Of a stretch of DNA of 31,161 bases, positions 17,414-25,729 are shown piece after piece. Under the pieces are notes generated by a model that was not told the DNA's origin, did no database searches, and saw only the letters and a program-made list of their open reading frames with translations. The DNA is from a virus. Taxonomy: Duplodnaviria; Caudoviricetes. The stretch spans positions 1 to 31,161 of the IMG/VR virus record IMGVR_UViG_3300017647_000011. The stretch is one strand, 5' to 3'. How positions within the stretch are numbered: the stretch's first letter is position 1; each line of letters opens with the position of its first letter. Position numbers and translations under genes: made by a program.

Positions 17414-18441
17414 GAACATACACTGCACCCACTCTGACCGAGCTGCACGACCAGATGTGCAAGTCCCTGGTCTTCGCTTACGAGGATGAGCTGGACATGG
17501 TCACTTCAGTGGATGTTCAGATTCATGATGTGGTCGCTCGAGCCGAGTCGATGGCTTGGGATTTCGACCTGAAGTCAATGTGGCTCACCAAGAGTCGCTG
17601 GTCGATGATGGTCCGTCAGTATATCGATGCCGAAGACCTCGAAGCCTGGATCGGTCAGTGCACCGGGAAGATCGGTCTTCGTGGACGAGGCATTGCTGTC
17701 ATGCGAACCAAGAACGTCAAGCCCCGAGGTGGAGCTGCTACCGGCCACAGCAACAAGGAGACCCGCCGATGGGGCTCATGTATGCTGAACATCTCGTACA
17801 AGGCTCTACCAACTCCTCAGATCACACTTCACTCACGCACTTCCTACCTCGGCTACATCGGGGCACTCGACCTCTCGGTCGCCTGGATGTGTGGAGTCTA
17901 CCTCGCCAAGGAGATGGGATGCAAGGTAGAGGACTTCGCCTTCGTCTGGCACAACGAAGCGATCCAATGGCACAACTTCAAGTCGCTTGCTTTCCTGCTC
18001 AATTACCCTGGTAGCGACGAGGATCGGGAACAGTACCGACGGTTCCTGATGTCACCCTCGAGCGAACTGACTAGGGACGAAAAGCGACTCATCCTCGAGT
18101 CACCTGGTCTTCGACTGTCGAGGAAGTGGCTTGCCAAGGTGCTGAAGGAGGACGCTGCCGGCCTGACCTATGGCGACATGACGTACAACACCTATCGTCG
18201 AATCCGCCGCAGGTTCCACACCGAAGTGCTCGGCTACGAGCGAGCCAAGGACTTCGAGGGCTGGTCCTACTACAAGCAGGGCCCGAAGGAAGGACAGCAG
18301 AAGGAGTACTTCAAGGCCTATCAGTTGCTACCCCATACACGAGTTGATAGCCTTGATTTCTCGCCGATTGGCATGCCGAAGAGCCGCAAGTACGGCGAGG
18401 CCTTCGTTGGAGGCTGGGAAGAAGAAGATGACGATGAGTAG
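17410..18441 (+). CDS. Divergent thymidylate-synthase-fold protein
   Basis: GSCMLNISY...ITLHSRTSYLGYIGALD aligns by eye to the TS core PC....F.....L....RS.D.......N/D; start by ATGA coupling. Confidence 0.55.
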   Translation: MRTYTAPTLTELHDQMCKSLVFAYEDELDMVTSVDVQIHDVVARAESMAWDFDLKSMWLTKSRWSMMVRQYIDAEDLEAWIGQCTGKIGLRGRGIAVMRTKNVKPRGGAATGHSNKETRRWGSCMLNISYKALPTPQITLHSRTSYLGYIGALDLSVAWMCGVYLAKEMGCKVEDFAFVWHNEAIQWHNFKSLAFLLNYPGSDEDREQYRRFLMSPSSELTRDEKRLILESPGLRLSRKWLAKVLKEDAAGLTYGDMTYNTYRRIRRRFHTEVLGYERAKDFEGWSYYKQGPKEGQQKEYFKAYQLLPHTRVDSLDFSPIGMPKSRKYGEAFVGGWEEEDDDE

Positions 18442-18664
18442 AATTGCTGCCTACCACTCAACACGAGTGACAGCGACGCAGTACTCACTGACAGTGAGAC
18501 ATCTCAAGCAACTGATGGACTTTGTCGCTCAGCACGGGCTATCCCCCGACCAAAGAGTGGAGGTTCATCTCGAGCAATCGTACAACCACCCCACTGACCC
18601 CGGCGGGAGGCTTAGCCTTGAGATCGAGATCGCGGTCGACTCGGAGGGCAAGGTAATCCGATGA
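18428..18664 (+). CDS. Hypothetical protein
   Basis: Overlaps both neighbours; start 18428 or 18434. Confidence 0.6.
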   Translation: MTMSRIAAYHSTRVTATQYSLTVRHLKQLMDFVAQHGLSPDQRVEVHLEQSYNHPTDPGGRLSLEIEIAVDSEGKVIR

Positions 18665-19491
18665 TCCACCTGGTGCAGGCGGACGATTTCTCAGAAGCGT
18701 TCCTGACGCTCCGCAATCGGCTACTTGATGTCAAACCACTCAAGGCGGGTCGCTGGCAATCGAGGGACGTCTCTGAGCTGCCTCAGGGCACGACTTACGA
18801 ACTCGCGAACGTGACGATCGTGATGGGCCTGCCGCAGACGGCACACCACCTGGCGATGCAGACTCGAGCTCACTTACCCTGGGCTGAGGATCACTTTCAG
18901 GAGCGCGTCAGTCGAGAGCCGCTGAACCCCGCGCCGAGCGAAGCGTGGTGGCCATTCGCCCAGAAGAAGGAAGGCACCACCAACACGGATCATCGCATGG
19001 GCGAGAAGTTTTCCCACACCTACCCCGAGCGAATCTGGCCGAAGCATGCTCAGGGATCAATTGCTTCCAATCAACGCATGAAGGTCTACAACAACATGCG
19101 GGGGATCCGATTCGACTATGGTGATCTCGACGATGTGATCCACCTACTACACGAGGATCCGACCACCCGCCAGGCATACCTGCCCATCTGGTTCCCCGAA
19201 GACACGGGGGTGCATCACGGGCAGCGGGTGCCTTGCACACTGGGGTATCACTTCATGATCCGCGAGGATAAGCTCCAGATCACATACTACATGCGCTCCT
19301 GTGATCTGGTTCGTCACTTCCAGGATGACGTCTACATGGCAGGTCGCCTGGCCCAGTGGGTACGAGATGAGTTGAACAACCGGCGAGGCAAGGTGGAACT
19401 CGAGGTCGGAGAGCTTATCATGCACATTGTCTCGCTACATATCTTCGGGGGCGATGTTCCAATCATCGAAGCTAAGGGAGATGAGTGGTGA
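18661..19491 (+). CDS. Thymidylate synthase family enzyme, dCMP (hydroxy)methylase-like
   Basis: DPTTRQA, VPCTLGYHF, YMRSCDLVRHFQDD (Asp at Asn177-equivalent), SLHIF. Confidence 0.85.
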   Translation: MIHLVQADDFSEAFLTLRNRLLDVKPLKAGRWQSRDVSELPQGTTYELANVTIVMGLPQTAHHLAMQTRAHLPWAEDHFQERVSREPLNPAPSEAWWPFAQKKEGTTNTDHRMGEKFSHTYPERIWPKHAQGSIASNQRMKVYNNMRGIRFDYGDLDDVIHLLHEDPTTRQAYLPIWFPEDTGVHHGQRVPCTLGYHFMIREDKLQITYYMRSCDLVRHFQDDVYMAGRLAQWVRDELNNRRGKVELEVGELIMHIVSLHIFGGDVPIIEAKGDEW

Positions 19492-19598
19492 TGGAGTACT
19501 GCTGCGAACCAAACTCGGGTAGTTGCTGTGGCCCAGGGTCTTGGTGCTGTAGTCGAGCGGGAGAACATGCTCATCCTGAGCTGGAGGGCGATGAGTAA
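19491..19598 (+). CDS. 35-aa peptide with three Cys-Cys pairs (not in ORF track)
   Basis: MEYCCEPNSGSCCGPGSWCCSRAGEHAHPELEGDE; TGATG and TAATG overlaps; AAGGGAG upstream. Confidence 0.6.
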   Translation: MEYCCEPNSGSCCGPGSWCCSRAGEHAHPELEGDE

Positions 19599-20065
19599 TG
19601 AATGGGCGTATCACTCGGGATGACATGCTGATGAATGTGGCTCGTATCTTCGCACTGCGAGGTACGTGTACTAGGCTGCGAGTGGGGGCAGTCTTTAGTA
19701 GAGATGGTCGGATCATCGTTACTGGCTACAATGGAGCCCCTGCTGGCATGCCTCACTGCGACCACACCTGTGATTGTCTCGAAGAGGAGGGTCATCATGA
19801 GAGCTGTCGATCTGTACAACCGTGCATGATCGCCGAACATGCTGAGCGTAATGGGGTGGCCTATGCTGCGCGGCTCGGTCTTGCGCTCGAGGGAAGTACT
19901 CTGCATGTGACTCACGCCCCCTGCTATGAGTGCGCTCGGTCGATCGTCAATGCAGGTGTGGAGAGGGTGATCTTCGCGGAATACTATCGATCAGAGGCGG
20001 GATTGGAACTCATGCGACAGGGTGGGCTAGTCGTAGTTTACAAGCCTACCGAGGATCGCATATAA
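19598..20065 (+). CDS. dCMP deaminase
   Basis: TC.RLRVGAV, TGYNGAP, HAE.N and APCYEC zinc motifs. Confidence 0.92.
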   Translation: MNGRITRDDMLMNVARIFALRGTCTRLRVGAVFSRDGRIIVTGYNGAPAGMPHCDHTCDCLEEEGHHESCRSVQPCMIAEHAERNGVAYAARLGLALEGSTLHVTHAPCYECARSIVNAGVERVIFAEYYRSEAGLELMRQGGLVVVYKPTEDRI

Positions 20066-20066
20066 T
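20037..20066 (+). promoter_or_regulatory. Promoter TTTACA-N18-TATAAT for the polymerase (leaderless if start is 20074)
   Basis: Direct match; ATG 20074 follows a 7-nt gap after the -10. Confidence 0.6.
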
Positions 20067-22620
20067 GGGTGGCATGACTCGCCTGCCCCTCTCGGTGATT
20101 CGCAACCCCTATTGTAAGGGGTGTCGACTTCGCGATACTGCAGATGTAATCTGCGAACTAGGCTTCGGGAACGAGCAAGCTGATGTCATGGTCGTCAGCA
20201 AGATGCCTAATTCCGACAACTATCAGCGAGACCTCGAGGTTCAGCTCGAGCGAGTAGGCTTGGATATCACGAACGTCTACTGGGCACACGCTAGTAAATG
20301 CAAGACATTTGAGGTTAGTCCGACAACGAAAGAGATCAAGGTCTGCGCTACGGACTACCTCGAGAAGGAGATTGCTCACGTCAAGCCGAAGTATATCCTC
20401 GCTCTCGGTAATGAAGCGCTGATTGCTACTGCCGGCAAGACGGGGATCACCAAGTACCGAGGTCGAGTTCTCAAGCGACCTGATGGTATCGAGGTGATCG
20501 GCACTGTCTCACCCTCGGCCGTGAAGCGAAACCCAGGCCAGATGCCAGCATATCTCGCTGACCTTCGACTCTTCGCCAACAAAGTTAAGGGTCGTAAGTC
20601 GGGCATTGATTCGCCGAAGTGGCTCTACGTCAAGACCAAGGATGATCTGCGTAAGGTCAAGAAGGCACTCAAGTATACGACAAGGATCTTCTTCGACATC
20701 GAAACTGTCGGAGTATACTACGAGCCAGATGCCAGGATCGTATCGATTGCTGCAGTATGCGAGATCGAGAAGGATGATAAGCGAGGATACTTCGTCTTCG
20801 CCATTCCACTCAGCCACCATCAGTCACCCTTCAGAAATGCCTGGAAGTCGATCCTACGCTTCCTGAAGCCTGAACTTGAGGCGATCCCTCGAGTTGTTGC
20901 GCACAACTCTTCGTACGACTGCAAGTGGATGCAGTACTTCGGTATCAACATGGAGCCGACCTTCGATACCATGTTGGCCATTGCGATCCTCGATGAGAAC
21001 ATCCAGAAGGGGCTGAAGCCGCAAGCGATGGCTCGGCTAGGTGTGGAGCCGTGGGGCATCGACACGAAGTCGCTGGATTCACAGGACATCGCTGACATCC
21101 TCGAGTATAACATGCTCGATACCTGGTACATGTATCACGTCTACAAGCAGCTGGTCGAAGAGCTGAAGGCAGAGCCGAGGCTTGCCAAGATCTTTATGAA
21201 GCTGACGATGCCCGCACAGCGCGAGTTGATCCCAACAGAGATCCGAGGAATTTGGATTGATGTACAGCGGCTCAAGGATCGCAAGCCGATAGCCGAACAG
21301 AGGTTGATCGAGATCGAGCAGCGAATTCGTGACGCGGCTAATTTGCCAAGCCCCGATAGCGACCACTGGCCGGCTCGGTACAAGCAACTGAAGTCGGGGC
21401 CAAAGCGTATGCCCCTGGCTGAGAATTTCAATGCCTCGATGTTCGCCCGATGGATGCTCTTCGAGTGGTGCGGGCTACCAGTCATCGAGCGGGGCAAGGA
21501 AAAGGCTGATGGTTCACCGGGCGACCCGAGCATGGCCGAAGGTGTCCTTATGGCGCTCAAGAATGAGCATCCAGTGGTGCCTCATATGCTCGAGCGAGTG
21601 ACGGCGAACAAGCACATCTCCTCATTCTTCAACCCCTACTCTGAGCTCTACGACGAAGAGCATCGAATCCACACCAACTTCAAACTAGCGGGTACGGTCA
21701 CGGGTAGATTGAGCTCGGGCAAGGATGATGCCGATAAGATCACTGGTTCTCGAGGTGATCGGAAAGGCGTAAATCTACAACAGGTACCTCGTGACCCATT
21801 CATCCGAGGGCTGTTCGGGGCACCACCGGGCTGGACATTCGTTGAAGCTGACTACTCCCAGATCGAACTGAGGGTGGCAGCATATCTCGCCGACGAGACG
21901 AACATGAAGCATATCTATGCAACAAACGGTGATATCCACACCATTACCGCTGCTCGCGTTGCCGGCATCCCCGAGTCTCAGGTCGAGAAGGAAGTTCGGA
22001 AGAAGCTAGGTAAGCCGGTCAACTTCGGCTTTCTCTATGGAATGGGTTGGCGCAAGTTCATCCAAACCGCATTCGAGAACTACGGCGCAGAGTTTACTGA
22101 AGACGAGGCACAAGGCGCACGAGAGACATACTTCCGCCTCTACCCGAAGCTCTTGCCCTGGCACGCTCGACAGCGACGCTTGGTGAATAAGTACGGTAGG
22201 GTGCAGAGCCCTCTGGGACGCATCAGGCATCTCCCCGATATCTACTCGCCTGATCAATCGGTGCGCAATGAGGCGGAGCGCCAGGCGATCAACAGCCCAG
22301 TTCAAGGCTTTGCCTCGGATCTCGCGGTATTCTCGATGATCCACATTAATCGAGAGTTCAGGCGACTCAACCTTGCTGCGCATTGTATCGGCCTTGTGCA
22401 TGATGCTATCAACTACGAGGTCAGGGATGACCACCTGGCACAGGCATTGCCGATCATCAAGGATACCATGGAGGATATGCTCCTCCTGGAGAAAGAATTC
22501 GGGGTACATGTAGATATCCCGATTGTAGCTGACCTCGCAGTGGGGCAGCACTGGGGTGACAAGACCGAGCTCACTCCCGACCAGGTATACGACTTCAGAA
22601 TGGAGTACAAAGGTGAATGA
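20065..22620 (+). CDS. polA: Family A DNA polymerase with N-terminal UDG family-4-like domain and 3'-5' exonuclease
   Basis: Exo motifs FDIET, HNSSYD, YNMLD; TGRLSS; motif A ADYSQIELR; motif B RKKLGKPVNFGFLYG; motif C VHDA; N-terminal CKGC.L...G.GN..ADV; start 20065 or 20074. Confidence 0.95.
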   Translation: MGGMTRLPLSVIRNPYCKGCRLRDTADVICELGFGNEQADVMVVSKMPNSDNYQRDLEVQLERVGLDITNVYWAHASKCKTFEVSPTTKEIKVCATDYLEKEIAHVKPKYILALGNEALIATAGKTGITKYRGRVLKRPDGIEVIGTVSPSAVKRNPGQMPAYLADLRLFANKVKGRKSGIDSPKWLYVKTKDDLRKVKKALKYTTRIFFDIETVGVYYEPDARIVSIAAVCEIEKDDKRGYFVFAIPLSHHQSPFRNAWKSILRFLKPELEAIPRVVAHNSSYDCKWMQYFGINMEPTFDTMLAIAILDENIQKGLKPQAMARLGVEPWGIDTKSLDSQDIADILEYNMLDTWYMYHVYKQLVEELKAEPRLAKIFMKLTMPAQRELIPTEIRGIWIDVQRLKDRKPIAEQRLIEIEQRIRDAANLPSPDSDHWPARYKQLKSGPKRMPLAENFNASMFARWMLFEWCGLPVIERGKEKADGSPGDPSMAEGVLMALKNEHPVVPHMLERVTANKHISSFFNPYSELYDEEHRIHTNFKLAGTVTGRLSSGKDDADKITGSRGDRKGVNLQQVPRDPFIRGLFGAPPGWTFVEADYSQIELRVAAYLADETNMKHIYATNGDIHTITAARVAGIPESQVEKEVRKKLGKPVNFGFLYGMGWRKFIQTAFENYGAEFTEDEAQGARETYFRLYPKLLPWHARQRRLVNKYGRVQSPLGRIRHLPDIYSPDQSVRNEAERQAINSPVQGFASDLAVFSMIHINREFRRLNLAAHCIGLVHDAINYEVRDDHLAQALPIIKDTMEDMLLLEKEFGVHVDIPIVADLAVGQHWGDKTELTPDQVYDFRMEYKGE

Positions 22621-22900
22621 TGAAGACAAGAGCCCCCAGGTTCTCGAGGCAGAAGCTGAAGTTCTGAACTCACTCGAGAAGCTGATCGCCGCCATCCGCT
22701 CGCAAGAGGGTGTGGGATCTTTCCCTTCCACTATCTCGGGGGCGCTTGTCCTCGTCGACTACGACACCCTCATGGAAGATGGGTACGGCGGATCGGGCAC
22801 CCTGATCCATCCGATGGGTCGGCGCACTCAGATGATGGGGCTTCTTGCCGAAGCAGAAACTCGGTTCAAGCTAGAAATCTTCCAGGATTACTCGGGTTGA
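22613..22900 (+). CDS. Hypothetical protein
   Basis: GTG 22613 after GGAG; overlaps polymerase stop. Confidence 0.6.
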   Translation: MNDEDKSPQVLEAEAEVLNSLEKLIAAIRSQEGVGSFPSTISGALVLVDYDTLMEDGYGGSGTLIHPMGRRTQMMGLLAEAETRFKLEIFQDYSG

Positions 22901-22925
22901 CAGGGTAATACCAAGTCGATATAGT
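22897..22925 (+). promoter_or_regulatory. Promoter TTGACA-N17-TATAGT
   Basis: Direct match. Confidence 0.75.
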
Positions 22926-22967
22926 GATGCCATCACCAATTGCTACTACCCAGAAGGAGGGATTACA

Positions 22968-23159
22968 ATGGCACGCAGAATTCGCGCAAGAATCCGGAAG
23001 GACCGCTGCAAGCGAACTGGCAAGGTTAGCTTCGTGAATGAGCTGGAAGCTAAGATGGCTCTAGCAATTCGCCAGGCTAATGACAAGGGAGAAATTCGGA
23101 CCTATCGCTGCGGTAACCACTGGCACTTGACCTCGCAGGAAAAGCGACACGAGGATTGA
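22968..23159 (+). CDS. Small basic protein with C/C/H/H pattern (C..TGK...YRC..HWHLTS)
   Basis: AAGGAGG SD; own promoter. Confidence 0.75.
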   Translation: MARRIRARIRKDRCKRTGKVSFVNELEAKMALAIRQANDKGEIRTYRCGNHWHLTSQEKRHED

Positions 23160-23184
23160 CATCTCAGGTTCTAGTTGATAAGAT
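23156..23184 (+). promoter_or_regulatory. Promoter TTGACA-N17-TAAGAT
   Basis: Direct match upstream of nuclease. Confidence 0.7.
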
Positions 23185-23225
23185 CGAGGCACTCTTACTT
23201 CGCTGAAACTCAAGGACTACTCTCC

Positions 23226-24341
23226 ATGCCACATTTGTCAGAAGGGGATCAAGCGGAAGCCACGAACTGGCTTTACTTCGATCCGGATGCCCGTGATGGC
23301 GAGGGTGCCGGAATCTCCACCCACTCGATGCTCAAGACGTTCCGACGTTGCCCTAAGCAGGCGGAGTTTAAGTACGTCCATCGACTGAAGCCGAAGCGAC
23401 TCGGCTCCCCCCTGAAGCGGGGCACCTGGGTTCACGCATTGCTTGAGTCATACCACAAGGGTGAAGACTGGCTCGCAGTCCACAAGCGATACTGTACCGA
23501 GTTCAATAAACTCTTCGACGAGGAGAAGGACTACTACGGTGACATGCCGACAGAGATCCTTCATCTCATGAGGTCCTATATCTGGCACTACAAGAATGAC
23601 CCTTGGAAGTGCGTCGATGCGGAGTTCCAGCTCGAGGCTGAGCTGCCTGATGGATCGCTCTACCGAGGTAAGGTCGACATGCTGGTCGAGACCCAGTTCG
23701 GGCTGTTCTTGGTCGACCACAAGACCCACAAGACTTTGCCTGACCTCAGCTTCCGCCTTCTCGATGCCCAGTCAGCACTGTATCTCTGGGCGGCTCGACA
23801 GAATGGCATCCCGGTCCAGGGCTTCATCTGGAACTACATCCGATGGAAGGCGCCTTCCACACCAAAGCTGCTCAAGAGTGGAGAGCGGATCAGCGATGCC
23901 GCGTGCGACACTGACTACCCTACCTTCGTCCGGGCACTGAAGAAGTACAAGGAAGAGAACCCCCAGTTTAAGATTCGGCCGGAGGATCGACGAAGAGCCG
24001 AGATGCTGAAGAAGCAAAGGTACGAATTCGGGGAGCCTCAAACCTCGACCTTCTTCCAGCGTTCAGTACTCGAGAAGAGTGACGACATGCTCGAGCGGGT
24101 GCTGAAGGGTAACGTGCACACGAGTCAGCGAATGCACTCATACGACTTCAGCGATCCTGACACCGTCGAGAGGGTCGTAGAGCGAGGCTGTACCTTCAGC
24201 TGCTCATATACCGACCTTTGCACTGCGGAGCTGATGGGAGCGAACACGCGCCCTCTCATCAGGCAGAACTACACTATCGGTGACCCCAACGACTACTACC
24301 AAGATCGAGCCGGAGACAACCCAGAAAGGGAGGAGAGATGA
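23226..24341 (+). CDS. Cas4/RecB-like PD-(D/E)xK exonuclease
   Basis: HSMLKTFRRCP, RGTWVH, GKVD, VDHKT, QSALY, C-x3-C-x5-C; ATG 23226 after AAGGA. Confidence 0.88.
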   Translation: MPHLSEGDQAEATNWLYFDPDARDGEGAGISTHSMLKTFRRCPKQAEFKYVHRLKPKRLGSPLKRGTWVHALLESYHKGEDWLAVHKRYCTEFNKLFDEEKDYYGDMPTEILHLMRSYIWHYKNDPWKCVDAEFQLEAELPDGSLYRGKVDMLVETQFGLFLVDHKTHKTLPDLSFRLLDAQSALYLWAARQNGIPVQGFIWNYIRWKAPSTPKLLKSGERISDAACDTDYPTFVRALKKYKEENPQFKIRPEDRRRAEMLKKQRYEFGEPQTSTFFQRSVLEKSDDMLERVLKGNVHTSQRMHSYDFSDPDTVERVVERGCTFSCSYTDLCTAELMGANTRPLIRQNYTIGDPNDYYQDRAGDNPEREER

Positions 24342-24360
24342 TGTACGAGGGTGAGAACTA

Positions 24361-24558
24361 ATGGCTTCAGGCAAGAGCCTCGAGCTCAAGAAGATCCAGC
24401 GTCGTGAGCCCCAGAAGCTCTGTTCTTGTGGTAAGCCTTGGGCTGATCACCTCCGCAAGGACGGAAAGCCTCGGGCCCAGTTCGTCAACAACTCACGACA
24501 CCGCCCCCCGGAGGAGTTCCACACGAACCGGGCACAACGACGGAGAATGCTCCGATGA
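24361..24558 (+). CDS. Small basic hypothetical protein (CxC...H; NRAQRR tail)
   Basis: Coupled to next gene by ATGA. Confidence 0.65.
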   Translation: MASGKSLELKKIQRREPQKLCSCGKPWADHLRKDGKPRAQFVNNSRHRPPEEFHTNRAQRRRMLR

Positions 24559-24917
24559 AGTACCGCAAGAAGCCAGTCATCATCGAGGCAATGCAGTATC
24601 CTCGGCTGGACCAGGGAGCTGAAGGGCCACGCATGGCTCATGACATCACGGGCTGGATGAGCGACAATCTCTACCCGGGCTTGGTGGGTAATGCCCTCGA
24701 GCCGGACACGCTGCGATACCCTGACCAGGTCGACGGGGATGACTCTCGACCTGACAAGGGCTGGTACATCCGGCCCGACGACGGTGCGCTGATGATCCGT
24801 ACTCTCGAGGGGGACATGGCTGTTAGGCCCGGCGACTATGTTATCCGAGGGGTGCAGGGCGAGTTCTACCCATGCAAGCCCGACATCTTCGAATCCAGCT
24901 ACGAGAGGGCTGAGTAA
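24555..24917 (+). CDS. Widespread phage protein (KYRKKPV.IEA / TLEG..PGDY..RGVQGEFYPCKPDIF family)
   Basis: Recognisable family motif; coupled at both ends. Confidence 0.8.
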   Translation: MKYRKKPVIIEAMQYPRLDQGAEGPRMAHDITGWMSDNLYPGLVGNALEPDTLRYPDQVDGDDSRPDKGWYIRPDDGALMIRTLEGDMAVRPGDYVIRGVQGEFYPCKPDIFESSYERAE

Positions 24918-25696
24918 TGGCCACCAAGGACTACGCGGCTATAGCGCGACAGCGGATCACGCGGCCTGCCGATCACAAGCGGTATCCCAAGTTCCTGATT
25001 TACTCCCGGAACAAGAAGGGCAAGACAACCTTCGGCATCTCGGGGGGTGTGGACCAGACGCTGGTCCTCGATCCGGAGATGGGTACCGCAGAGATGAAGA
25101 CCAAGAACCCCCATGTCTGGTCCATCGACCGATGGGAAGACCTGGAAGAGGCCTACAACTACATCAGGTACAGCGATCACCCGTACAAGTGGATCTGCGT
25201 CGACGGACTCACCAAGATGTCGAACATGGCGCTCAAGTATGTGATGAAGGTTCAGGAAGAGCGAAGTCTCGACCGGATTCCTGGCATGGTCCAGCAGCGA
25301 GACTATGGCAAGGCCGGCGAGCTCATGAAGGACCTGCTGACGAAGTTCCACAACCTGCCCTACGGGGTCGTCTTCACCGCCCAGGAGCGAATGGAGACTG
25401 GCTACGATGCCGAAGAGGATGAGGACTCTGAGGACGTCGAGGCAGTCTATGTCGCGGACCTGCCGAAGGGCGTACGAGGTGCAGCCAACTCAATCGTGGA
25501 CGTGATTGGTCGGCTCTACGTTGTTAGGAATGACGAGGGTAAGGCTGAGCGCCGCCTTTGGATCCAAGAATCCGTTCGATATGATACTGGGTATCGATCG
25601 GACTTCGAGCTGCCGGACTACCTGGCGAAGCCAACCGTGGCTCGATTGACCCGGCTGATCCGCACCGGATCGGCTAACCCGAAGAAGTCCAGCTAG
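24917..25696 (+). CDS. AAA_24 / Sak4-like ATPase
   Basis: LIYSRNKKGKTT, VLDPEMG, ICVDGLT, QRDYG, VVFTAQE, VDVIG. Confidence 0.8.
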   Translation: MATKDYAAIARQRITRPADHKRYPKFLIYSRNKKGKTTFGISGGVDQTLVLDPEMGTAEMKTKNPHVWSIDRWEDLEEAYNYIRYSDHPYKWICVDGLTKMSNMALKYVMKVQEERSLDRIPGMVQQRDYGKAGELMKDLLTKFHNLPYGVVFTAQERMETGYDAEEDEDSEDVEAVYVADLPKGVRGAANSIVDVIGRLYVVRNDEGKAERRLWIQESVRYDTGYRSDFELPDYLAKPTVARLTRLIRTGSANPKKSS

Positions 25697-25729
25697 GGCC
25701 CTAGCTAGGCTATCCACGAAAGGAAAACC

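Noticed and set aside
19930-20064. N-terminal extension of the polymerase in the ORF track (likewise 17230-17409, 16749-16805, 23175-23225)
   Set aside because: Overlaps upstream genes or promoters; coupled or SD-supported starts lie downstream
20065-22620. Intein or intron in polymerase, helicase or TS genes
   Set aside because: Reading frames are continuous, of normal length, and show no splice-junction or homing-endonuclease motifs
23226-24341. Cas4-like gene as evidence of a CRISPR system
   Set aside because: No array or other cas genes seen; solo Cas4-like nucleases are common in phage recombination modules
25691-25706. Palindrome AGCTAGGGCCCTAGCT after the ATPase gene
   Set aside because: Single short occurrence with no U-tract; no function can be supported
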